NCBI RefSeq assembly: GCF_000150275.1
Contig: NW_002060946.1
Span: 4,979,454 to 5,043,453, forward strand
Reading direction: 5' to 3'
Source: Trichoplax adhaerens
Taxonomy: Eukaryota; Animalia; Placozoa
Length of the DNA: 64,000 nucleotides
Positions 1 through 19,300 of this stretch are shown in pieces; position 1 is the stretch's first letter, and every line of letters starts with the position of its first letter. The notes below the pieces were generated by a model, which was not told where the DNA came from, did no database searches, and saw nothing but the letters and a program-made list of their open reading frames with translations. A program made the translations under genes and the position numbers.

Positions 1-302
1 AAAAAATACGCAGATTAGAATAAATTACTACCATAATACTTAGTGATAGTTTAATTAATTGTAGGGTTATAGACTCGAGCTTAACCACTGTGTATGATGT
101 TTATAAAAAAATTTTGAATAACATCGAATAGAAATAATATGATCAAATTGCCATATTACGATATCTTTCCATAATGAAAAGGTAGTGTATGAATATTGTG
201 ATCTTACTAGAATCTCTTGCAATGATTGTTATATTCTAGGTCATGTACTTATTCGTTTCTAAACGAATACCATTAAAAGGATTGATTTTAGCTAGGAAAT
301 AC

Positions 303-513
303 CTGGCTTGTTTCTGGATCGATAGATCTTTTACACGTAGAATCAGCCATTTTAGCAGTAAATATACTGGTAGCTAAGTTTGCCCTGTTATTCGTAGTCA
401 ATGCCAATGCAAGATTACGTAATGATAGATAGCCAACAGCCAGGGTTAGTAATGGTGATTGTGAATAAATTCTTGACGGGGGTATCCTTCCAAGCTCGGT
501 TAGGCTACGATAT
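303..513 (-). CDS. Probable 5' coding exon of an unidentified minus-strand gene that continues off the left edge
   Basis: The minus frame is open from 530 to 303 (...YRSLTELGRIPPSRIYSQSPLLTLAVGYLSLRNLALALTTNNRANLATSIFTAKMADSTCKRSIDPETSQ). It is bounded by acceptor ttttcaatcAG (515-514) and donor CAG|GTATTT (302), with an internal ATG at 350 in AAAATGG context. A possible next micro-exon is 235-208 (NITIIARDS|gtaag). No homologue recognised. Confidence 0.35.
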
Positions 514-704
514 CTGATTGAAAATTTTCTTTAGTAAAGTGTACAGAAGACAGAGTGGAAACTAACCGACAACTGGAAACATGTTTACATTCCAACAGCC
601 ATATTCAATTCTACACAGCACATTTTATCAGATTGCCAGGTGCAACTTAATTAAATGGATTAGCTCCATGTTTATACATCATCGATAATGTCGATATTAT
701 TTAC

Positions 705-1854
705 ATGCTCTACGTAGCAGTTAGTCAGTTACAATATTCTTCATTTTTATGCAGTATATCTATCCGATTACAGTACAACTGATTGAATAGTTTGTAGTAT
801 AGTTTATCTTTGCTGAGGTTAGTGTCGATGCTCTACGTTGCAGTTGGTCAGTTACAACATTCTTCATTTTTACGCAGTATATCTATCAGATTACAGTACA
901 AGGCATAACTGATTGAATAGCTTGTAGTTTAGTTTTATCTTTGCTGAGGTTAGTGTTGATGCTCTACGTTGTAGTTAGTCAGTTGCAACATTCTTCATTT
1001 TTACGCAGTATATCTATCAGATTACAGTACAAGGCATAACTGATTGAATAGTTTGTAGTTTAGTTTTATCTTTGCTGAGGTTAGTGTCGTTGCTCTACGT
1101 TGTAGTTAGTCAGTTACAACATTCTTTATTTTTACGCAGTATATCTATCAGATTACAGTACACAGCACAACTGATTGAATAGTTTGTAGTATAGTTTATC
1201 TTTGCTGAGGTTAGTGTCGTTGCTCTACGTTGTAGTTAGTCAGTTACAACATTCTTTATTTTTACGCAGTATATCTATCAAATTACAGCACAACTGATTG
1301 AATAGTTTGTAGTATAGTTTATCTTTGCTGAGGTTAGTGTCGATGCTCTACGTTGCAGTTAGTCAGTTGCAACATTCTTCATTTTTACGCAGTATATCTA
1401 TCAAATTACAGCACAACTGATTGAATAGTTTGTAGTATAGTTTATCTTTGCTGAGGTTAGTGTCGATGCTCTACGTTGCAGTTGGTCAGTTACAACATTC
1501 TTCATTTTTACGCAGTATATCTATCAGATTACAGTACAAGGCATAACTGATTGAATAGTTTGTAGTATAGTTTATCTTTGCTGAAGTTAGTGTCGATGCT
1601 CTACGTTGCAGTTGGTCAGTTGCAACATTCTTCATTTTTACGCAGTATATCTATCAAATTACAGTACAGTACAACTGATTGAATAGTTTGTAGTATAGTT
1701 TATCTTTGCTGAGGTTAGTGCCGATGCTCTACGTTGTAGTTAATCAGTTACAACACTCTTCATTTTTAGTAGTTCATCTATTAGATTACGAGGCACAACT
1801 AATTTAAGTTCATAGTTTGTGGTTTAGTTTATTGAATCTTTTGCTGAGGTTAGT
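705..1854. repeat. Tandem array of about 9 copies of a ~123-135 bp unit
   Basis: The anchor tgctgagg (once tgctgaag) recurs at 811, 942, 1073, 1203, 1326, 1449, 1579, 1707 and 1842. Unit: gttagtgtcgatgctctacgttgcagtt...gattgaatagtttgtagtatagtttatctttgctgag. The end copies are the most diverged. Confidence 0.95.
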
Positions 1855-3032
1855 ATACGCGTATATTAACGTCTACAGTTTTATATCGTACAGAAGTAGA
1901 ATATTTAATTTTATGCAATGCCAGTACAGCGGATTTCAATTTATTCACTTTTATATCTTACCTCGATTTGGCTTGAGATATTGCTGAAGTAAGAGCATTG
2001 TAAGGGATGAGAGGATTGATTATATTATAATGATATACGCGCAATTAATATGTGAGCACTGAGCAGTTGCTCGAGCTGGTAGTCATGGTTCCAATACAAA
2101 CTCGGTATTGCACTATCGACTACCGAAGGTGAAAGACAGCATTTCCGGGTAACATAGCGATGAGTATATCATGTATCGTGGAGCATGTTCAGGCCTATAC
2201 AGTACATTATATGGAGATTGCTCTAGGAAGGCAAAAGTGCGGTTATTAAGCACAGAAGTGTGCAGTAAAAGCTGTGCAGCAGTACAGCTGGAATGCAGCG
2301 TGTGCTCAGCTTAAAATAGATCACAACCATAATGAATTCATGAATTGATTGATTTTATTATGAAGCTTAATCAGGACATGTTAGTCATTTTGCATTTGCA
2401 TAAGCATATAGAAAGAATGCTTGTAGTCATTTCGACATATCGATTCCCTTGCATTTTGGTTATCTCTTGATCGGTAATATCAACTGTACATTGACTTCTG
2501 GCCTAGATGCCAGCATGATGCAAATCAGCTTACTGTATGGCAATTGTACATCACGATAGCAATGGTACTTAAGTTGCTGTTAAAGTTCAATTCTGCAGCG
2601 TTGAGCTCCAAAGGATGATAAATTGCTGCACAAAATAATGACTTTACTAGCCACCTACTTTCATCTAATCGTAGCGGATACTATCTACAGTCTTGATATG
2701 ATCACATACAAAAAAAAGGAAAAAATAGGATTGATTTTGTAGATGTGAGCCTTGAGCATCTTATGTACTGTAAAACAATGCAGCTCAAAAACAGTAGAGT
2801 ATGGCAGCTAGAAAGAATGAAACATTGAAGTTTCATTGCTGAGCCCTTACTCAATTCTAGAAGATCCAAGCATGAGATCGCATGCAAAGCACATGAGTGC
2901 TGCTATAGAAGTTAAAAGAAGTGACTTCTACATCAACGACAAGCCCTACTCGGGCTTCTTCTATTTCACCATTAGCCCTTTCTCCATCTTGGATGGATTC
3001 CCCACAGACCTCCTCATGCCTCTTGGGAAGGA

Positions 3033-3254
3033 ATGCGCAAGCGCAATTCTTTCTTGCATCAGCCACCTTTCATTCTCATGATTCAGCGGAGGTTGGCGTT
3101 GTCTTGCCGCTCCATTTCATTTTGGATCCCTTTTGGATCGCGTTCATTGGCAATTTCTCGATCTTTATCCTACAGCAGATTAATTTATTCTGCACCAACT
3201 TGTTCTTTTCTACATTGGAGAGCATTTTCAACTTGCTATAGAAGCCATAACAAG
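3033..3254 (+). CDS. In-frame N-terminal extension of AlaRS; putative mitochondrial targeting presequence
   Basis: ATG 3033 and ATG 3078 are in frame with the conserved start at 3255. The 74 aa contain 10 Arg, 2 Lys, many Ser/Leu and no Asp/Glu, ending ...[13 protein letters not shown]. Confidence 0.7.
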
Positions 3255-9540
<6,286 letters not shown>

Positions 9541-10233
9541 GTATTGATTTTTTAGTTCAATAAGAATGCTTTAGTATACCAATTCTCTTAACTACGATAT
9601 CATCACTACGGGCAATGCAATGGAGTGCATTCATACGAATACGTATGTTGTGAAACGGCTTTTAAATATGTTTCACGGTATTTATTTGGGAGTTTTCGGT
9701 TGGTTTCACCCACTTACGAATTAATTAAAATAACATGCAAAATCCCAATATCCATATAAATACCTCTTTAAACGTATATGCATATCGTTGGTATATTTTA
9801 GATTGTCATTCTATTTTACATTTGGTATTTGTAGTAATTATTTGTTATAAAGTAGGTCTTGATTAGATATTTGTGTGATAGTTGTAAATTGGTACTGTAT
9901 GTCAATAAAACAAGATTTTGACTACCTAGTGTGATCTGGTAGACTGATACTGCATGCAACACTTTCTATGATATCTCGATGGCGATGACAACTGTGACTG
10001 TAGGAAGGATGACTGAGCGAGGAGATTAACTGATGAATTGTAATTCTGCAATTAGCAGTAACTAAGTAAAAATAAAAGTTGATTTGAAGCAGTGGGGACT
10101 GCCGTCAGCAATATCATACGATAAATGATGGAAAATGTTGACAGGATGAATGAGCCATACGACTGAGTGTCGTACTTTTCTAGTCCGAAACCTGGTGCAC
10201 GGACTAAAGTTACAGTAGAGACACTTAGAGTAG

Positions 10234-10269
10234 AGTAGAGTAGAGTACTGTAGAGTACTCTACTCTACT
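10234..10269. repeat. Perfect inverted repeat (16-bp arms, 4-nt loop) built from (AGAGT)n/(ACTCT)n, upstream of UBE2V
   Basis: agtagagtagagtact-gtag-agtactctactctact. Confidence 0.85.
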
Positions 10270-10541
10270 GTACTCTGTACAGTAAAGTGCTACAGTGTCA
10301 ACTGCCGTTGGCCCACTGTACACTGTAGGACAAACCTACAGTGTACAGTACACAAAAACTGCCGATGCAGTGTCGCCATTCCTTCATAATGTACTGTAGT
10401 TCCTGGCCGTCATACTGTACTATACTGCAGTCACAGGCTTTCGTTGTCAGTGTTGATCAGGGTCAATCTCAGCCTTAAAGGGCAACTCATCTGATAGTTA
10501 CTGTTCAATCGCACAGAGAATCTATACGCTTGTGGTACGAA

Positions 10542-13347
10542 ATGGCGGGTGATACCGTAGTAGGTAAGAGATTTCATGACAACGATATCGTCTTGATATT
10601 TTTACAGATATAGGTAAACTTTCGATTGAAATTGTAACTCAATTTTAATTGGCATTTATCTATAAAGTGCCGCGTAATTTTCGCCTATTGGAAGAACTAG
10701 AAGAAGGCCAGAAGGGTAACAGTGATGGCACCATCAGTTGGGGTCTGGAGGAAGATGATGACATGACTATGTCGAGGTGGACTGGCACCATCATCGGTCC
10801 GCAAAGGGTAAGTGACGTATTTAGAAAGAAAATAGATTTTGTCATGGCGGTCAGCTTATTGAATTGCCTAAAGCCAGTAAATAAAGAGATAGAGATTGAA
10901 GTAAGACTACACTGTATCATGTCGAACTTTTCCAACTGTTCGCCGAATCTGTTGAGTACCAGTCACATTGTCTAATGAAGGCAAAGGTAATACGCCAAGA
11001 CGGTACGGCTTGCTTCTCACTACAGACAACTTATGTAAATAAATTACTATACTAGTGCACTCTGCATATTACTGTACTCTGTAATGCGACAAAGGGCTAA
11101 GTCAGAATGGCTGTACGGCTATCTCTTTTTCTACTACGTGGCAGGCTGTAAGATTACGTTGGTTTATTAAACACACTATAATTATCATGGTATTTTAACC
11201 GAATAGCATGATTGCTTTTCTAATACACTTTTCGATGAGGGTTACTATCTTGATCCATTTCCGATTGATTAATACGGTATAATACGTATGTCGCACGCCT
11301 TTGAGCTACTACATCTCATCACTGACTACTTGTGATACCATAGTACCATGAGTTGTCCCTTTCTAGTACACATTTATAGGAATAGGGTTGTTACTTTGGT
11401 CAGTTTTTACTTTATATTCTTTCTGATTGATTGAATGCTGCGTGTCATTTCGTTGAGGGGATTTTTTAGGGGTACCTGAAACTACTCTGTCTATTGTATC
11501 GTACAGTAGAGTACAGTACACGCTACAGTATCAACTAACTGGACAGTACTGTTGTAGCCATCATGCATGGATGCATTGCTACCATACGGTATTGCACTCG
11601 AGTGGGCTTTTATATGGATTGGCATTGGACGTATGGCCATGGTTTGGTACCTGTAATGCAGTACTATACTCTATTCATACTACGCCATACTGAAAGTGCT
11701 AATAATTTCGCCATTCATCAATCCACTTGCAACGGATTAATTCACTTTTTCCTTTCTTATTTCAATCATTTATTCAGACTGTCTATGAGAACAGAATATA
11801 TAATACAAGACTGACGTGTGGCCCAAATTATCCAGAAGAACCGCCGACGATACGTTTTTGTACTAGAATAAATATGAGTGTTGTCAATTCTTCCACTGGA
11901 GAGGTAAGAAGATTGATGTACTGTAAAAGTCTCTGACGGTAAATACTTGAAAAATATGATCTTTCTGATTTTAAATAAAAATTAAAGTAAATCTTTTCCA
12001 CATTAAAGCACTTATTTACTGTCATGGAAGATGACAATATAGCAATTTTACAGTTGCTTTTCTCATCAGTCAGGAAAAAACTACTTTCTGTAAAACGGTA
12101 TACTATAGTACGTGCCTCAAAATGATTAATTATCAATAATTATTTTATTGGCATCAGCTGATGCGTACGACTAGTTTTTGTGTGTGTCTCTATTCATAGA
12201 AATATACTGTTATTTAATAAAGCTTGTAGGATGTGAATATTTAGCAGTAACATGACCTTTGATAATCACGCTTAATTATGATTACTAACCGCTAAATGGA
12301 GAGTACATTCTCTATAGGAGATTTACAATCATTTTAGTTAATGTTGTTAACAGGATGTTGTGGCTTAACTCATATCTAAATTACATGAGACATGTACTTG
12401 CTCAATTCATTTGTTAGAAAGATCGGTACTATTTCCTTTTAATTTGTTTGTTTGCTATGACATAAAGATCAATTAATTATATACGATAGGTTTTACGTTC
12501 GAAAATGCCGGTTCTAGCTCGATGGCAGCGAAATTATACAATCAAGGCGTTATTAACCGAATTACGCAGGTGAAGATATTTATATTCAGTTTATACTTTG
12601 TGCTATGTTGATACTCTGCGTTTTAGTCTCCCGTCACCCCTGGAAATGCTATTGCATGATTATTCATCCTATTGTGTAGCAGTGTGTGAACCAGTCTCAA
12701 TGTTAAGTATATCACTAGTTTCCTACTATTACCATTCATCAATGCGATATGTATATTGCATAAAAGTATGCTACATGTTTGTTAACTAGAGAATTCTCAC
12801 ACTGCTATTTCTCACTTGTATACCCTAGTTGGCGTGAACTTACGGGTAGTCTTGACATAGTTTGATGGATCGAATCCTATGCATAGGATGCTACATTAAT
12901 TGGCTTTAAATAATTTAGCACAACCAAAATTGATATAAAACAATACAAGTATTAAGTTAAGTAGTAAGGGTGATTTATTTTTACAATGTGATTCACTTTC
13001 ATATGATTAGTTTGTTCGATCTTAACCGATTTCAGAAGATCAATTGATAGTATTAATAAGGGTAGTATTACTGCCAGTATGACTAATGCGTATCGATATG
13101 GTTTGTAGAATTATGCTTTAGAAATGTAGTGCTCAATTCCCAAATTTAAATTTTAATATGATAACCTGGAGTATTTTCGGGATTGGCTACTAAGCAATAT
13201 AAAGTCAAATTTTGATAGCATTTATGAAAATTATTGAGAATTGAAATTGGTTCTTAAGCCTCAAGCCCTTAATCTTTATGTTTTAGACTTATGTCAGCAA
13301 AAGAAAATGCCAAGGTAGCCCAGCCACCAGAAAGTTCAACTTACTAA
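10542..13347 (+). CDS. UBE2V: Ubiquitin-conjugating enzyme E2 variant (MMS2/UEV1, catalytically inactive partner of Ubc13)
   Basis: Five exons: 10542-10563, 10668-10807, 11778-11903, 12490-12569, 13287-13347. Protein [24 protein letters not shown]...YENRIY...[10 protein letters not shown]...WQRNYTIK...[15 protein letters not shown]. No HPN motif or active-site Cys. Confidence 0.96.
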
Positions 13348-16300
13348 GTGTGTATGCTGTAGTTGACTTCATTAGAAATCAATTTCGTAATTGCGATACA
13401 GTAATGTCTTACAATGGCTACTATGATAATACCATAGTAAGATAAGATAGGGAAAGTAAATTAGTCATTTGTTATTATATTGTGGTACATTGTATATTTA
13501 TAGTAGTCGATAGTATGAAAAAATGTTAATCTGCCCTTGGTTTACGAATTATCCTTTAAGTATTGTAATTCTTTTAATGATTGTCACGGTAATATCACTT
13601 TTGACTCTATCTTGCAACAGTTGTTATTGAGGTGTAATACTATGTAGTCGCCTTATGTGTAAAAATCTTGCTTCCAATCTCGGTAAGGTACAGCGATACT
13701 GTATTACGCATGTACAAGTAGGTCATTTTATAGAGACAATAACAGCATGTGTTGCTACGTCCATATATAAATATATATATTATATATATATTTACACATA
13801 TATATTTTTCATCCTTAGTTCTACATCCAGACTCTGGTCTATTTTAGAAAGTAACGTAAAATGAAAAAAATTGTGTAAACATCTTAACTTGAGTTGCTAT
13901 AAGTTAGTTGTACAACACTCTTCTGTTCTAAACTAGTTCAATTTTATTGTAAAGGTAACGTACTAAATAAAATTTTACTGATCGTTTAAGAAGTTGGATA
14001 ACTTTATTAGAATTGACTGTATCTGTCGATATTAGTCGTATCATGCTTGAAGGATGACGGATAGAGCGATATGCCATGCTATTTCGAGTCGTGTTGACAT
14101 TATAGAGTGAATATGTAATGAAAGGTTCAATTTTACTCGGTCCAACTGTTAGTGATGGTGTTTTTACTACTGCTATATAATCTAGCATACACAGTAAGAC
14201 AGATTGAACAGAGAATGATTTTACTGTACTCGCAAAACGTATAAAGTGTAAAATGGTAAATGGAAAATTAACAGGATATTGGTCACGACAATTTAACTGT
14301 AATTGATGTAGTATTATAAAACTTGCGAAATTGTAATTTGTACAGTATTTGACAACGAAGTCTGCATGCTTGAACTTTCTGTGAATGAATAATTGGACAT
14401 TTAAATGATGATAAAGCACGGAAGCTTCATTATTGTTCAGTAAATAAATCGTATATTTTTCGATAGTATAGTCTGTATAGTGTACAGTCTACAGTACGTA
14501 TTATGACACATCTATGAGGAATAGCGTTCGCAAGTACAGCAGCGTCTTTTCAGACTAGTACAAATGTAATAAATTGACCATTTATCAAGAATCCAATGGT
14601 GATGGTGCGCAGACGAAAGAATTACAATTATTACATTAGCAATTAACTGATGATATACAGTACAATACAGTAATTAGTAACTCAATCCAAAAATACCAGA
14701 CCGGCGTCTAGTAAAATCAATGATTATTGTATTTTTCTCCGGTAAATTCTGGAGAATTGCTAACAATCCAAGTAACTTTTTCTTAAACGCAAACAACGAC
14801 ATGGAGGCATTCTAGAAGAAGAAGGTAGGTTAGAATGTTGGTACAGTGGTAGTATGTGGTGACAACAGAAACTATCGCGTGATGTTTGTTCTTACATACA
14901 GCACACCGCTGATACGCATGTAATGTGATCGCGTCGAAGAATCGAATTGTACCATAGTTTACAGCTAATACACTGTACTGTAGTAAGTGTATACGCGGTG
15001 CTGTAATTCTCTCAGTCTCTTCTCAAAAGCCGTCAGAAAACGTGTGGGAGAGACCACGCAGGTGCCAATGAAACTGCACTGCCTCTGGCCCTCTGCACTT
15101 CATTTATTATTATTTATTTTCATTATTTTGTACAGTACACAGTAGTGGCATGAGAAAACGAAAACTAAAAATACTGTACTGTACTATGGAATGTAACAAC
15201 TCTTAATAATCAGTATTTGCTTATTAAGATCACTGGTTGATGCTTTTCAAAGTGACAAAATACAGTACAGTACTGTACTGTACACAGTGTACAGACTTAC
15301 AACTGTACAGTGTACAGTACTGTACTGTAGAATCTTCAAAGTTGTACAGTACTGTGGTGTACTGTACGCGTATTGACGTATGCGATTGTAAGCTGTTTAC
15401 TGTGTGCTGCACTACGTATTCACTGCGCTATTGAAACAAAAAGCAGTAGCTAAAGGCAGGAAATTTTAAAAATTGGTTAGAAATATAGTATACGCTATAT
15501 TAAGAGTCAGCGATATACAGTAATGTACTGTATGGTCCATGAAGTATAGCGAGGGAGGAATCGACTATTCCAATAGTGAACCGTCTTCTGAAGAGAAAAT
15601 ACAGTAGTGTACAATACAGTACTGTCAATTTTAAGAGTTCAAAAAGTCCCTGCTGTACAGTACTGTACTGTACTGGACATACTGTAGTTTCGTAGCATGT
15701 TTTCGGGCGTCAACGATTAAACGATTGTTCAAAGGGCGAGCAATCTGATTGGTCAAACTAAAGTCACCACATTCCCCTTTCATTCATATTCGAGACTTTA
15801 GGCGGTCCACTAGTCATCATCATGAACTACGATAATTTCAGGTAATTGTACTGTATTGTATTTTTTCTATTGTACTGTACTGTACTGTATGACTAGCACA
15901 GGTGATTCTCATTTGTGTTCTGATTCTGCGCAGTTCGTCGACCTGTGTCGATTACGGTCAAGATTACGTAATTATTGTACTGTATGTACTGTACTGGACT
16001 GTACACTGTACTCTCATACGATTTCATAGCAAAGCTTGCAGTGTACAGTACTGTAGAAGTCCATGGCAACGCGCGGTCACGCACTCACGGTGGTTTGTAG
16101 TATCTTTGTACTGCTACTAACGCAACTGTGGGTCACACACAAAAAGAAAGTGTCCACTGATGATACTAGAGTGTACTGTAGACGCACAACTGGGTGGCGT
16201 GTTCCGGCTAGTACAGTGCAAAAATATACCGTGTATTTCACTGTCACTCGTATTGATAAACGGCGGCAGTTCAGACATCTCATCTGTTTATACCTTGCAC

Positions 16301-16357
16301 ACTTGCTTTATACAGCGCAGTGTTCATGTGCTTTCAATGTAGCAATCTTCTTGTCGC

Positions 16358-19300
16358 ATGATGGCATTTATAAAAGAGATCAGGAATGGTACAAGTAATG
16401 GCACTAGTAATGGCACTAGTAATGGCACTAGCAATGGCACTAGTAATGGCACTAGTAATGGTACCACTAGCAATGGTACAAGTAAGAAGCACAAGAACAA
16501 CGTTCATCTTGGAACAAAATTGACAGTGGAGCAAGTTGCGTTACACAATCGAGCGGAGGATGCTTGGGTTATAGTTCAAAATCGGGTTTACGACATAACC
16601 AAATTTCTTGATGTACATCCAGGTGGAGCTGAAATTATATTAGATTATTTGGGTGAAGATATCACAGAGGTATTAGCTTCTACCGATTTTCATCATCATA
16701 GTCGCGCTGCCTACGAATTACTAAGCGATTATTACCTTGGCACAGTCGAAGGAGCCAATATCAACGAAAATGTAAGTGCCATTCGTTTTTCAGTATTTTT
16801 GCCTGTAGCAATGTACTGTAGCGATTGATTTCCAGGAGTGACGCTGATGGCTTGACATCAATCCGTCTCACTTTTTTATTTTCTTAACCTTCCTTTTTAC
16901 TCGATTACGAAATAGAGCAAAAACGGTAGCTCCGTACTGCGTTGAAGATGGCAACTCACTGAGCTAACCGTGCTAATCTATAAATACGTAATAATAATAA
17001 TAATTTAAACGTATGCGTGGTATGAAAGTTGAGTAAAAGTAGGAAATGATGACTGGAATGTTAAGCCATGAAAGCTACTGTACTATACAGTCATTCTCGT
17101 CCTTTCTACGGTATAGCACAGGACAGCACTGTATACTTCCAGTATGACGTAGTCATAACCGCACGCTGTTTAGTGTTTATATAGAGCACTACACGCCCGT
17201 GTCAACCGTATGAACGACACAGCGATGACCTCGTGATCATGAGTACGGTAATAAGGAGTGCACTAGACAGGCCGAATCATGTCGTAAACGATTAAACACT
17301 GGCGTTATTAAACACTAGAGGCAAATGTTAAAATCGATGTACAAAACTTGGTTTAACATACAACTGTACCTCGAAAGTTATTGTACAATACAAATTATAC
17401 AGTGCGTAATTTCATTCAATGCTATCTGCATTCGCAAAATATCCGTCTAGCAATAATAGCATAGGCTATTACAAAGTCGTGTTTATTGCAGGGTCATTAA
17501 AAGGTCATGAACTACTAGAAATTTTGACCAAGGTTATAATTTCTAGTAGATTATGGCAAGTTGTAGCAGGGACTTTTCCATAATCGCTGGTTGTGCGGTT
17601 TTAAAAATTAAAGTTAGCTCTTTTTTTATGCCACACTGGCTTATACTAGTTCAATTTAGGCTAACACATACCGTACCTGCTAGGTTATTCCTTGTGCCAC
17701 ACACATCATTGTTGCATAATTTTTCATTTTACAATGGAGATTAAAGGTTATCGTTGGAAATCACAAAGTGTAGCGTTGTACGAGTAATTACTCTAACTGA
17801 CTTTTTTTGAATATAATAATTGACGCTAGAAGCCTAGAATTGATGCGAATTGGACTTGATTCTGAGCTATATTGTTATGCAACATACACATTGAATAATA
17901 CTGCACTTTCAGACAAGGTTGTGATGAGAATGAAAGGATGTATAGCGCTGTAGTAACTTGCTTTTACGTATGAGTTGTTGAGTACTGTACTGTAGTCATG
18001 TACCAGGATCATTTACGCCAAGATATTCTACATTTCTAAATGTATTAAAAGGAGAAAAGTAATTTTATCCAAGCCTTTATTAAAAGTTTGAATTTGTAAC
18101 CCTAATGCAGGATCATCCTTTGCCCCAAAATGGCATGATTTTTTATTGATTAATCTGAAGTGTAAATACGTATTCAAATCCAGTCACGTCTCACACATAA
18201 ATTTTTTAATATGAATCTTTCAACTATATTGAAATTTCTAATTGATTATGCTATGTTCGTTTTAAACATGAGCTGCCAAACAACGGTTTGCTAAATCATA
18301 GTGAATAATGAATATTTATAGTAGTAAATCGCTACTGCCATTGTAGTTTGCTCTTAAGAAAGAATTTTTTACAATCAGTACAGTATAACAGTGGTTTGGG
18401 AAGGACAGTGGATTGTGACCCGTGAGTGAAAAGCTCGTAGAGTTACCAGGGACTAGTAAAAGAAAATGCAGTTACGTTAAGTTAAATACGGGCATTTTGC
18501 AATATGATCGATTATGTAGTATACATTATAATAAGGTAAGTATAGTTATTATTACAGCTATTGTGGTTGTATGATATATGTAGTGTTGAACGTCTTAATT
18601 AACACCACAGATTCAATCGCCCCTATGTTGATCCTTTGAACAATTACTGATTACACCGGTGATAGCATATACTGTATTCGTATAGTTGTGTATTGAATTT
18701 TTTTTTGAACGAGACAGTAACCGTAAATCTTTTCTACACTCGACTGTTGCACATCTAGTATACGATAGGAAAGGGAAAGCACGTACTGCGTTATTTTACT
18801 GTTAGTATTTACAGGCTACGTTTAAGGTGTAATTTCGCGTTATCGATAGTTCAAAGATGTTTAGATTCTTACCGGCTCGCCGGCTACGAATTCTAACTTA
18901 CGCGTATCAAAGCAACGCTAGTCTGTACGTTACTTTAATTATTACTGTACTAATCGTCTACCAGTACTAAAAAATACGTTCAAGATCTATTATCGCTACT
19001 GATAGCGATAATAGATAATTGTCCTATTGCAACCATACAGTTGCTGATGATAGTTAATATTACTGAATAATCGAATTGGGAATAATAATAAATAATAAAG
19101 TAATAATTACAACCGCCGTACTGTTTGTTCAATGGGCTGTACGGACTGTTGGATGTCACGTTTACAGAAATAGCTGTTGTAAATCACTGCTATTATCCTA
19201 GCGGAACTCTCAACAGTACTGCACTGTAGTATAGCGTTATACTGAAGGGACTGTCGGTGAATGCTAATCTTGTAGTCACTTTTTCATTAATAAGGTACAG

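Noticed and set aside
2836-3241. ORFs 2836-3081, 2857-3066 and 2921-3241 upstream of AARS1
   Set aside because: They overlap the AlaRS extension or promoter in other frames and have no recognisable homology. Only the 3033 frame is continuous with AlaRS.
13928-14419. 163-aa minus-strand ORF
   Set aside because: Non-ATG start, AT-rich low-information translation, no motif or splice structure.
15230-16398. Several 60-110 aa ORFs rich in Y/C/T/V/Q (also at 23864-24258)
   Set aside because: They are translations of the TACAG/CTGTA repeats, not proteins.
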